Shown one piece after another: positions 19,982-28,775 of a stretch of 64,000 nucleotides of DNA. Source of the stretch: Myxococcota bacterium (GTDB lineage: Bacteria > Myxococcota_A > UBA9160 > SZUA-336); NCBI GenBank assembly GCA_965247115.1, contig CBDFGR010000002.1, positions 1,408,001 through 1,472,000 on the forward strand. Reading direction: 5' to 3'. The translations under genes were made by a program, and so were the position numbers. How positions within the stretch are numbered: the stretch's first letter is position 1; every line of letters begins with the position of its first letter. Below the pieces are notes generated by a model. The model saw nothing but the letters and a program-made list of their open reading frames with translations. It did no database searches and was not told the DNA's origin.

Positions 19982-20973
19982 GCACTCGCTCCGATCGCGT
20001 CCAAAAGCTCCGCAGGGGTGCTCGTGGCGGTTCCAGGAACCTGCACGACTACGCCCGCCGCAGCGTTCGCGAGCTCCGCCGACTCCCGCCAGGTTGCGTC
20101 GGAGAGCCGCGCCAGCGCGAGGGCTGCTATGGCAGTGTCGCCGGCGCCGGCCACGTCGGACACCTGGCGGAGCTGCGTCGGGACGTGACACATTTCGCTG
20201 TCAGCCCCGAACAGGGTCATGCCCCCGCCGCCACGCGTCACCGCGACCGTTGCTCCATCCATGAGCAGGAGCAGCTGCTTCCCGATTCGCGCGAGATCAT
20301 CGTCTGCGCGAACACGGATCCGGGTCAGCTGCTCTGCCTCGCGGAGGTTCGGCTTGATCAGCTCGGCCCTGCGATAGATCTCCCAGGGCGGCTCCTTCGG
20401 GTCGACGAAGACGCGCACACCGCGCTCCTCGAGAATCGCCATGGCTTCCATTACCACCTCCGGGGTGAGCAGGCCCTTTCCGTAGTTCTGGATGATCGCT
20501 CCGTCAGCCCGGCTCCCGCTCGCGCGCAGGCTGTCGAGCAGGCGCTCGACCAGACCGTCGCCGATCGGGTCCTCGCTCTCGCGGTCGTAGCGAACGACTT
20601 GCTGTCCGCGCGAGATCACCCGGGTCTTGAGCGTGGTGGGTCGGCCGGGCTCTCGGAGCAATACGCCCGTGTCGATCTTCCAGTGTTCGAAGAGTCCCTC
20701 GAGCTCGGCGGCCGTCTCGTCGTCACCTACGAGCCCCAATACCTCGACCTGGGCACCGAGGCTTGCCAGGTTGCGCGCAACATTCCCGGCGCCGCCAAGC
20801 ATGATCGACTCCCGCTCCACTCGCACGACTGGGACCGGTGCCTCGGGCGAGATCCGGTCGGTGTTCCCCCACACGTAGCGGTCGAGGATCAGGTCTCCCA
20901 ACACCAAGACCCGGTGCGCGGGGAAGCGCTGGATCAGCTCGGACGCACGCTCCCGCGCGATCATTCCCTTCAT
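19978..20973 (-). CDS. rfaE1: D-glycero-beta-D-manno-heptose-7-phosphate kinase (stand-alone RfaE domain I)
   Basis: GDLILDRY, RISPEAPVPV, GGAGNVA.N, DVAGAGDT, ANAAAGVVV. Confidence 0.92.
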   Translation of the reverse strand: MKGMIARERASELIQRFPAHRVLVLGDLILDRYVWGNTDRISPEAPVPVVRVERESIMLGGAGNVARNLASLGAQVEVLGLVGDDETAAELEGLFEHWKIDTGVLLREPGRPTTLKTRVISRGQQVVRYDRESEDPIGDGLVERLLDSLRASGSRADGAIIQNYGKGLLTPEVVMEAMAILEERGVRVFVDPKEPPWEIYRRAELIKPNLREAEQLTRIRVRADDDLARIGKQLLLLMDGATVAVTRGGGGMTLFGADSEMCHVPTQLRQVSDVAGAGDTAIAALALARLSDATWRESAELANAAAGVVVQVPGTATSTPAELLDAIGASA

Positions 20974-20989
20974 CCCTTCTCGATCAAGT

Positions 20990-22069
20990 TTACGCCAACG
21001 AGCCCTCGAGGTCCGGCGTCAGGAGCTCGAGCGCGGCCTCCACCACATCAGGAATGCTCACCGCCGCCATACAAGTCTGGACGGGGCAGCCCTCGCGACA
21101 CGGATTGCAGCCCACGTCTCGCCGCAGCACACGCTGGGGAGAGCTCGGGAGCGGGGCGTTTTCGACGGGATCCGTTGGCCCAAAGATCGCCACCAGCGGG
21201 AGACCCGCCAGCGAGGCCAGGTGCATGGGACCCGAGTCGCTCCCGATGAAGAGACGCGCGGCCTGCATCAGCACGAGCAGCTCCCCGACCGAGCGCGTCT
21301 CGGCCGCGAGATGCGCCGCGCCGTCCGCGCCGGCTACGACGGCCTCGGCGGCCTCGAGCTCACCCGCGACGGGGCCCCAGGACACGAGCGAGTGGATTCC
21401 GACGCGATCCCTGAGCTCGCGAGCCACCGCCGCATACCTCTCAGGTGGCCAGCGCTTGTAGAGCGTGGTCGAGCTTGTTCCCGGGTGCATGAGCAGCAGC
21501 TCGCGCGGCAGCAGGGAGAGCTCCGGGCGCGCGAGCTCCGACAGCTCTAACCGGGGCACGGCCGTCGAGGGCGTCCCGCCGAGGAAGCGTACCAGCGCGG
21601 CGTTCCGCTCGAAGCGCGAGAGGTGTCCCGGCCGGATCCTGGCCCTGTGGGTCAGCAAGCAGCTGCTGCCCTCTCGCGCCAGTGGGGCGGCGTATCCGAC
21701 GCGGAGTGGAATTCCGCTCGCACGAGCCAGCAGCGCGCTCTTCAAGATGCAGTGGAAGTCCAAAGAGAGATCGTAGCGGCTGGCGCGCAGCTGCCGGACG
21801 AGAGCGACGATGCCTCGCCAGGTGGCCCCAGGCCTTGCGAAGCGCAGCTGGCGCCGCGGAATCGTCACGATCCCGTCCAGCTCCGCGACCCCGTCGAGTC
21901 CCGGCCTGGCATGGTCCTCGACGAGCCAGTCGATGCGCGCGCTTGGGTAGAGCTCCCGAACGGCTGCAAAGGCGAAGCGCGTGCGCACGACATCCCCGAG
22001 CGCTCCGAGCCGGATGACCAGGATCCGCTCCGCCGGAAGCGGCGCCACGAGGGGATTCAACACGCGCAC
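20990..22069 (-). CDS. GT9 family glycosyltransferase (heptosyltransferase)
   Basis: ILVIRLGALGDVV, HPGTS....KRWP, GSDSGPMHLA, IFGPT, C.PC. Start uncertain (22069 to 22138). Confidence 0.88.
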   Translation of the reverse strand: MRVLNPLVAPLPAERILVIRLGALGDVVRTRFAFAAVRELYPSARIDWLVEDHARPGLDGVAELDGIVTIPRRQLRFARPGATWRGIVALVRQLRASRYDLSLDFHCILKSALLARASGIPLRVGYAAPLAREGSSCLLTHRARIRPGHLSRFERNAALVRFLGGTPSTAVPRLELSELARPELSLLPRELLLMHPGTSSTTLYKRWPPERYAAVARELRDRVGIHSLVSWGPVAGELEAAEAVVAGADGAAHLAAETRSVGELLVLMQAARLFIGSDSGPMHLASLAGLPLVAIFGPTDPVENAPLPSSPQRVLRRDVGCNPCREGCPVQTCMAAVSIPDVVEAALELLTPDLEGSLA

Positions 22070-22136
22070 GGCGCCAGACGCGACCGGGTCGTCGCTGCTG
22101 ACGGCTGCTTCACGGGTCGGTAGCATCTGCGCCTCC

Positions 22137-23249
22137 ATGGTCGCCCCCACCCTGATCTGGCGCTACATCCTGCGCGAGATCTTCCTTCACACCTGCCTCG
22201 GGCTGATCATCTTCACGCTGGTGCTCGTGGCCTCCAACACGCTCCGCATCCTGGAGCAGCTGCTCACGGCCGGGATCGCACTCGGTGATCTGGCGCGCGT
22301 TGTCGCACTGATCCTGCCGAGCTACATGGCCTACGCGATCCCGACCTCGCTCCTCTTCGGCGTCCTGATCACCTTCGGCAGGCTGTCCGCAGATGCCGAG
22401 ATCGTCGCGATCCGCGCGTCGGGAGTGAGCGTGGTGCGCCTGCTTCCACCGGTCCTGCTGCTCGGCGCCGTCGCCTCACTCATCACCGGCTACTTGCTCT
22501 TCGACCTGGAGCCCCGCAGTCGCATCGCGATGAAACAGCTCGTGCGGAAGATGGCCTCGTCTGTCCGCCTGGTCGAGCCGGGCAGATTTCGCGACCTGGG
22601 AAGTCACGTGCTCTACGTTCACGAGCAGGGTGACGGGACGTGTCCACTGCGCGGCCTCCTGATCGGCGACTTCAGTGACGAGAACCGCCGCACCTACATC
22701 TCCGCTTCCTGCGGCAGCATCGAGAGCCGCGAGGAAGAGGATGGCATTGCGCTCAAGCTGTCGGACGGGTCGATCCACTTCTCTGACGCCTCGCCCGGTC
22801 GCTATCGGCGGATCCGCTTTGGCACGATGGAGGCCACCCTCGACGTATCGGCATATCTGGATCTACGGAAGAAGGCACGGGACTTCACGCTCGCCGAGCT
22901 GCTCACGCTCGATGCCCAGCTTGCGCGTGGGGAGTCCCCAGACTTTCGGGGCGGAACTCGCGAGGTCGTGCTGACGCAGATCCATCGCCGCCTGGCCTTT
23001 CCTCTCGCCTCGATCCTGCTCGCGATCGTCTCCGTACCGCTCGGAATCCGGCCGCTGCGCTCGGGAAAATCCGCTGGAGCGCTGACCGCGATCGGGCTGA
23101 TGGGGCTCTACTGGCTTCTCTTTACGGCGGGCGAGATCGCCGGTGAAGAGGCCGTCGTGCCAGCCTGGCTCGGCGTGTGGACACCGAACCTGCTGGTCGC
23201 CAGCCTCGGCGCTCTCCTCCTGCACAGGACGGCTCGAGCGGCTGCGTGA
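22137..23249 (+). CDS. lptF: LPS export ABC permease LptF/LptG family (LptF-like)
   Basis: IWRYILRE, GRLSADAEIVAIRASGVS, HRRLAFP, W.PN motifs. Confidence 0.85.
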   Translation: MVAPTLIWRYILREIFLHTCLGLIIFTLVLVASNTLRILEQLLTAGIALGDLARVVALILPSYMAYAIPTSLLFGVLITFGRLSADAEIVAIRASGVSVVRLLPPVLLLGAVASLITGYLLFDLEPRSRIAMKQLVRKMASSVRLVEPGRFRDLGSHVLYVHEQGDGTCPLRGLLIGDFSDENRRTYISASCGSIESREEEDGIALKLSDGSIHFSDASPGRYRRIRFGTMEATLDVSAYLDLRKKARDFTLAELLTLDAQLARGESPDFRGGTREVVLTQIHRRLAFPLASILLAIVSVPLGIRPLRSGKSAGALTAIGLMGLYWLLFTAGEIAGEEAVVPAWLGVWTPNLLVASLGALLLHRTARAAA

Positions 23250-24127
23250 CCAGAGACCCGATCGGCGAGCTTCCGGCGGGATACGTCATCCATCGGGTCG
23301 GCGACACATGGCTTGTTTTCGACAGAGGAGCTGCGGCGGAGCTGACCCGGCTGCGGCTGGCGGAGGCATCCGTGCGCCGCGCGCTCTTCACACGCGCGCC
23401 GCGGCGCGGCCGCGGCAGCGCCCCGAGCGTTCCGCTCGGTCCGCGCGCAGTGGTGCTGCGCCGTTACCGGCACGGCGGGCTGCTCGGCTGGCTCACCGGG
23501 GCGCTCTACTTCGGGCTAGAGCGCGCTCTGTCCGAGCTTCGCGTCACCGCACGGGCCGAGGCCTCCGGTGCGCCGGTTCCTCACGTCCTGTGCCTGGCGC
23601 TGTGGCCAGTCGCCGGCCCGCTCTGGTCGGCTCTGATCGGCACACTCGAGGAGCAGGATGCCGGTGACCTGCTCGAGGTGCTCGAGACGGCGGATGAGCC
23701 CGGGACCCGCTGGGAGCTCGCGCGTCAGGTAGGAGCTGCCCTGCGGAAGCTCCACGACGCGGGCTTGGAGCACCGGGATCTACAGCTCCGGAACATCCTG
23801 GTCGTCGGCCCGGATCGCCGCATCGTGGTGGTAGACCTCGACAGGGCGACCTTTCACGCGGCGGGGCCCGTTCCAGTGGGCGGCCGCGCGGACAACCTCG
23901 GGCGCCTCTTCCGCTCCATCGTCAAGAATGGACTATGGGGATCGCGGGTCGGAAGGCGCGAGCTGGCGGCCTTTCTCGGCGGGTACACCCAGGACCAGAG
24001 AGCCCTGCGCCGCGAGCTGCGCAGCTGGCTTCCGCGCGAGCGGCTCAAGCTGGCCACCCACCGGCTGCGCTATCGCCTCATCCTGCGCCTTTCGCGCCCA
24101 GCGGTCGGGCCTCCTCCACCAGCATGA
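23246..24127 (+). CDS. Kdo/WaaP family LPS kinase, KdkA-like
   Basis: [41 protein letters not shown] overlap with lptF. Confidence 0.78.
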   Translation: MTRDPIGELPAGYVIHRVGDTWLVFDRGAAAELTRLRLAEASVRRALFTRAPRRGRGSAPSVPLGPRAVVLRRYRHGGLLGWLTGALYFGLERALSELRVTARAEASGAPVPHVLCLALWPVAGPLWSALIGTLEEQDAGDLLEVLETADEPGTRWELARQVGAALRKLHDAGLEHRDLQLRNILVVGPDRRIVVVDLDRATFHAAGPVPVGGRADNLGRLFRSIVKNGLWGSRVGRRELAAFLGGYTQDQRALRRELRSWLPRERLKLATHRLRYRLILRLSRPAVGPPPPA

Positions 24128-24281
24128 CGGGAATGCCGTCCTCGACCGGGTAGGACAGCTCGCACGCCGCACAGTCCAGGGACTGCTCGGCGCCATCGGG
24201 GTCGCGTTGGACCGCGAGCTCGCCCTTGCACCTGGGACAGACCAGGATCAAAAGCAGCTCGGGGTCGATGTGCGCGCTCAT
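24078..24281 (-). CDS. Trm112 / YcaR family protein
   Basis: [14 protein letters not shown]...C..C...[11 protein letters not shown]. Confidence 0.9.
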   Translation of the reverse strand: MSAHIDPELLLILVCPRCKGELAVQRDPDGAEQSLDCAACELSYPVEDGIPVMLVEEARPLGAKGAG

Positions 24282-25138
24282 GCGTGGCCCTGCTTCCGCA
24301 TCAGCTCGGCGAGATCGCGCGTCTCGCAGATGAGCGCCTCCAGGCGGTCCAGTGGGAACTGGCTGGCGGCATCGCAGAGCGCCTGCTGCGGATCGGGATG
24401 CGTCTCGAGAAAAACAGCGTTTGCGCCGGCGGCGACGCTGGCCCGAAGCAGCGTGGGGATGTGCTCTACGCTCCCTGCTCCGTTCGGATCGGTGCTCGGG
24501 ATACCGTAGCGTCGAACCTGGTGGCCCGCGTCGAAGACGACCGGGTAGCCATGCTCCTGCATGACCGGAATTGCGGTCATGTCCGCGACGAGGTTGTTGT
24601 ACCCGAACTGGGCACCGCGCTCCGTCAGCAGGATGCGCTTGTTGCCGCTGCGCTCAATCTTGCCGACGGTACTGAACATGCCCTCTGGCGAGATGAATTG
24701 GCCCTTCTTCACGTTCACGGCCTTGCCGCTTCGACCCGCGGCAACCAGCAAGCTCGTCTGCTGGCACAGAAAGGCGGGGATCTGGATCACGTCGAGAACC
24801 TCGCGAGCAGACACGATGTCCTCTTCGCGGTGAACGTCGGAGAGCACCGGCAGCTCGAACTCCTTCTTGATCCAAGCCAGAGTCTCGAGCCCTTCCTCGA
24901 TGCCCGGTCCCTGGTAGGTGAGCTCGGAGCTGCGGTTGTCCTTTTCGTAGGAGGACTTGAAAATGATCGGGACCTCGAGCTTCTCGGACAGCTTCTTCAG
25001 CCGCTCGGCGGTACCACCCATCAAGCGTCGGTCCTCGATCACACAGGGACCGGCGATCCAGGCCAGCGGCAAACCCGGGCCGATAAGAACGCGCAGCGCG
25101 GCGCTATCCCCGACCTCGACCGGCTGGATGGGCTTCAC
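24278..25138 (-). CDS. kdsA: KDO 8-phosphate synthase
   Basis: [54 protein letters not shown] start with AGGAG SD. Confidence 0.93.
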   Translation of the reverse strand: MKPIQPVEVGDSAALRVLIGPGLPLAWIAGPCVIEDRRLMGGTAERLKKLSEKLEVPIIFKSSYEKDNRSSELTYQGPGIEEGLETLAWIKKEFELPVLSDVHREEDIVSAREVLDVIQIPAFLCQQTSLLVAAGRSGKAVNVKKGQFISPEGMFSTVGKIERSGNKRILLTERGAQFGYNNLVADMTAIPVMQEHGYPVVFDAGHQVRRYGIPSTDPNGAGSVEHIPTLLRASVAAGANAVFLETHPDPQQALCDAASQFPLDRLEALICETRDLAELMRKQGHA

Positions 25139-25181
25139 GGGCGGACTCCTACGACGATGAACGGAAGGGGCGAGCCGCACG

Positions 25182-25209
25182 AGGGTAGGTTCGGGCGGGG
25201 CGCTGTCAA
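25182..25209 (-). promoter_or_regulatory. Candidate sigma70 promoter of kdsA
   Basis: Minus strand TTGACA, 16 bp spacer, TACCCT upstream of kdsA. Confidence 0.5.
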
Positions 25210-25308
25210 TCGCTCCTGGTGGCCCCCCTGGCCGTGCTTCTCACCGCGCAACAGTACCCGCGCGGCCAGGGCAGGTGCCAGGAAAAAACCACCCCTCGTC
25301 GGCGCCGC

Positions 25309-26376
25309 TCAGCGCGAAAGGGCACGCCTGACGCCCTCCCGGACGAAGTCGATCAGCGCGCCCCCACCGTGGGGGCGGATCTCCTCTTCCAGGACCACGA
25401 GCTTCACGCGGAGGCTCCAGCGGGCGGGGATCTTGACGGCGTCCTTCTCGGTCGTCACCCAGAGCAGTCCCGGATCCAGACCGGAGAGGTCCGAGCGGCG
25501 GTAGCGATGGTGATCGGCAAACGTGCGCCGGGCCACGACCTCGGCTCCCAGCTCCGTGAGCTCTCTGGCGAGCCGATCCGGTCGGGCGATCGCGGCGAGC
25601 ACGCCGACCTTGCGGCCCCTCAGGATCTCCGAGGGCTCGAGAGCGCTGCCACCGAGCTGCCGTACTCCGCGCAGCCCGATCTCGATACCGAAGCACGGGG
25701 TTTCCACGGCGAGCGCGGCGCGCAGCTCAGGAAGCTCGGCAGCGCCGTCCGGGAGTCGGGTCCACACGATCGCGCCGGCGTGGTGGAGCGCGCCCGCTGG
25801 CTCGCGGAGCGGACCTCTCGGGAGCACGTGACCGTTGCCAAGACCGAGCCCCGCATCCACGCAGACGAGGTCGACGTCCCTGTGCAAGCGATGATGCTGG
25901 AAGCCATCGTCTATGATCAGAATCTCCGCCCCGAAGAGCGCGGCGGCGCGCAGTCCCAGGGCGACGCGATTGCGTCCCGCGAAGACGGGAACCCCCCGCG
26001 CTCTTCCCGCCAGGAGCACAGGCTCGTCGCCGACGTCCGCGGGGCTCAGCAACACGCGCTCGCCGTCGGAGACCACGTTCACCTCGCGCTCGCGTCTGCC
26101 GCCCACACCACGGCTCAGGATTGCGATGCGATGCCCCCTGGCCCGAAGCTCGGAGGCCAACCAGCCGACGAGTGGGGTCTTGCCGGAGCCTCCGACACAC
26201 AGGTTGCCCACGGAGACGACCGCGGGATCCAGGCGCACTCTTGAACGAAAGCCCGAATTATACACTTTTCGGTGTAACCAGGCCCCCAGGCGGTACGGGC
26301 CTTCTAGCAACAGCAGCGGTGCGAGTGCGAATCGGCGCGTCCGCGACTCGTCGGTCCGCCACAGGAAGTCAGGCAC
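25309..26376 (-). CDS. lpxK: Tetraacyldisaccharide 4'-kinase
   Basis: SVGNLCVGGSGKTP, GDEP, DDGFQH, GPLREP, FADHH, TTEKDAVK; GTG start at 26376. Confidence 0.93.
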   Translation of the reverse strand: MPDFLWRTDESRTRRFALAPLLLLEGPYRLGAWLHRKVYNSGFRSRVRLDPAVVSVGNLCVGGSGKTPLVGWLASELRARGHRIAILSRGVGGRREREVNVVSDGERVLLSPADVGDEPVLLAGRARGVPVFAGRNRVALGLRAAALFGAEILIIDDGFQHHRLHRDVDLVCVDAGLGLGNGHVLPRGPLREPAGALHHAGAIVWTRLPDGAAELPELRAALAVETPCFGIEIGLRGVRQLGGSALEPSEILRGRKVGVLAAIARPDRLARELTELGAEVVARRTFADHHRYRRSDLSGLDPGLLWVTTEKDAVKIPARWSLRVKLVVLEEEIRPHGGGALIDFVREGVRRALSR

Positions 26377-27607
26377 CGGAACCCCGCGCCTGGAGCACCA
26401 GCTCCAGCGAACGGCCGAGCGCGCCCCGATGCGCCTCGAGAGCGGAGCGTCCCCTCGCGCCACGCTCCGCGCGCTTCTCGTCAGCCCAGAGCCGGGCGAG
26501 CTCCTCGCGGAGATCTCGCTCTCGCTCGACCCGGTGGAGCACGCCCAGTGGCCGGAGCAGACGCACCTGGCTGCGCTGGTTCTCGACGTGCGGTCCGTGC
26601 ACCACGAGCTTTCCAGCCTGCACGGGCTCGAGCAGGTTGTGGCCTCCGATCGGGGCCAGAGTCCCCCCCACGAAGACCAGCTCGGCCAGCGCGTAGAGTG
26701 AGGTGAGCTCCCCGATACTGTCCACCAGCACAACATCGGCCTTCGCTGCGCCCTCGGAGCGCAGCCCCACGCTGGCTTCCTCACGCCGGAGCATGCGCAG
26801 CACGCCCGGCACCCGCTCGAGGTGACGGGGGACCAACACGAGGCGCAGGTGAGGAGCGTCGCGCTCGCGCAGTCCTCGCCACGCCTCGAGCAGCGCTTCC
26901 TCCTCCCCCGCATGGGTGCTGCCCGCGACGAGGAGCGGGCCCTCACCGATGGCCGTGCACAGCTCGTCTGAAGGAGGGGGTGGTGCCGGCCGGTCCAGCT
27001 TGAGATCACCAACGACGTGCGCACTCTCAGGGGCCACACCCAGGCGAAGAAAACGCTCCCGGTCTTCCTCCGTTCTGGCACCCAGCAGAGAGAGCTCGCA
27101 GAAGACGGACGCGAGCAGACCGCGGGCGCGACGGTAGCGCGGGTAGCTCGCATCGGAGAGCCGTCCACTCACCACCACCACACGTCCGCCCCGACTGGCC
27201 ACGGCGTGGATCAGGTTCGGCCACAGCTCGGTCTCGACGAGCACGAGCACAGTGGCCCTCGCGCGCACGACCGCCAGCGAGACCAGGCCCGGCAGGTCCA
27301 GGGGCGCAAGACGCACGCCGAGCTCGGGGCGCCGGACGCGCAAGCGATCACGGCCCGACGCAGTGAGCGTGGTCGCACAGGTCGGGATGCCACGTTCGAG
27401 CAGCGCGTCGAGCAGTGGCGCAGCGGCCTCCACCTCGCCGACGCTCGCCATGTGTACCCACACGCTCGGCTCGGGCATGAGGACGCGTGGCCAGAGGCGC
27501 TCACCAAGGCCGCGGCGAGCCCGCGCAGAGCACAGCGCGGCGAGCAGTGCGAAGGGCGCAAGCAACACGGCCAGTGGGACGAGGATCAGGTTGTAGAGCA
27601 GCAGCAC
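26369..27607 (-). CDS. waaA: Kdo transferase
   Basis: WVHMASVGE, ETELWPN, AGSTH.GEE, VPRHLER, GGHNLLEP. Confidence 0.92.
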   Translation of the reverse strand: MLLLYNLILVPLAVLLAPFALLAALCSARARRGLGERLWPRVLMPEPSVWVHMASVGEVEAAAPLLDALLERGIPTCATTLTASGRDRLRVRRPELGVRLAPLDLPGLVSLAVVRARATVLVLVETELWPNLIHAVASRGGRVVVVSGRLSDASYPRYRRARGLLASVFCELSLLGARTEEDRERFLRLGVAPESAHVVGDLKLDRPAPPPPSDELCTAIGEGPLLVAGSTHAGEEEALLEAWRGLRERDAPHLRLVLVPRHLERVPGVLRMLRREEASVGLRSEGAAKADVVLVDSIGELTSLYALAELVFVGGTLAPIGGHNLLEPVQAGKLVVHGPHVENQRSQVRLLRPLGVLHRVERERDLREELARLWADEKRAERGARGRSALEAHRGALGRSLELVLQARGSGA

Positions 27608-27623
27608 GCCAGACCTCGGGCGC

Positions 27624-28775
27624 CTACGTCCGCCCAGCGCGGCGCGGCGTCCCCTCTCGCGCCGCGGCGATCGCCAGGTCTGCGGCGTGTCTGGCCGACT
27701 CCGGCCGTCCGAGCTGCGCGGCAACGCTCGCGAAGGCCTCGAACATCTCGGCTCGGGCCTTCGGCACACGGATCAGTCGCGCGAGCAGAGCGGCCAGCGC
27801 CGCCGGCCGCGCCATCTCTTGAATCCGCTCGGGGACGACGCCCGCATCCGCGATCAGGTTGGTAATGGAGCTCGAGGGCACGTATGCAATGCGACGCAGC
27901 AGCTCGAATGAGAGCCGGCTCGCCCGGTGCGCCAAGACGAAGGGAACACCAAGAAGTGTCAATTCCAACGTGACGGTGCCTGAGGCAGCGAGCGCGCAGG
28001 TCGAGATGGCGAGCGCCTCATGGGTGCGCCCAACGACGAGCTGCACCCACTCGGGAAGCTGCGGCGGCTCACGCACAAGCGTGGGAGCGAGGGGAAGCTG
28101 GAGCTGGAGCTCGGGAATTGCCCCGCGCAGCAGCGCGGCGGTCTCCAGCATGCACGGGAGGTTTCCACGCAGCTCATTGCGGCGACTTCCTGGCAGCAGC
28201 GACAGGATCGGTCGCTCCAGGTCGAGACCCAGCTCCGACGCGATCTGCTTCGGCTGCAGCTGCTCGCGCAGCCTGGCCATGCGATCCGCCAGGGGGTGCC
28301 CGACAAAAGTCGCGTCGATGCCCGCCCGCCGCAGCAATGCCTCCTCGAAGGGGAAGATCACGGCCACACGGTCCGTTCGCCGCCTGAGCTGGCGCAGCCG
28401 GCCCGGTCGCCACGCCCAGACTTGCGGAGCGACGTAGTAGAAGACGGGAATGCCGAGCCGCCTGGCCACCGCGGCAAAGCGGAGATTCAGATCCGGAGTG
28501 TCCACCAGGATCGCTAGATCGGGGCGCCGGGTCGCAAGGGACCGGCGCAGGGCGAGGTACGCGCGCAGCAATCCTGGTGCGCTGCCAAGCACCTCGAAGA
28601 GGCCCGCAACGGCGAGATCGGACTGGGGGACCACCGGGTCAAGCCCAGCAGCGAGAGAGGCGGCCCCGCCCAGCCCGAACACTTCGAGCTCAGGCTCGCG
28701 CTCTCGCAGTGCTTCGAGCAGCGGCGCGGCGTGCATGTCGCCGGAGGCATCCGCAGTGGACAGGAAGACCCTCAA
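27624..28775 (-). CDS. lpxB: Lipid-A-disaccharide synthase
   Basis: ASGD.H, YYVAPQVWAWR, IFPFE, FVGHPL, LLPGSR..E, ASGTVTLE. Confidence 0.93.
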   Translation of the reverse strand: MRVFLSTADASGDMHAAPLLEALREREPELEVFGLGGAASLAAGLDPVVPQSDLAVAGLFEVLGSAPGLLRAYLALRRSLATRRPDLAILVDTPDLNLRFAAVARRLGIPVFYYVAPQVWAWRPGRLRQLRRRTDRVAVIFPFEEALLRRAGIDATFVGHPLADRMARLREQLQPKQIASELGLDLERPILSLLPGSRRNELRGNLPCMLETAALLRGAIPELQLQLPLAPTLVREPPQLPEWVQLVVGRTHEALAISTCALAASGTVTLELTLLGVPFVLAHRASRLSFELLRRIAYVPSSSITNLIADAGVVPERIQEMARPAALAALLARLIRVPKARAEMFEAFASVAAQLGRPESARHAADLAIAAAREGTPRRAGRT

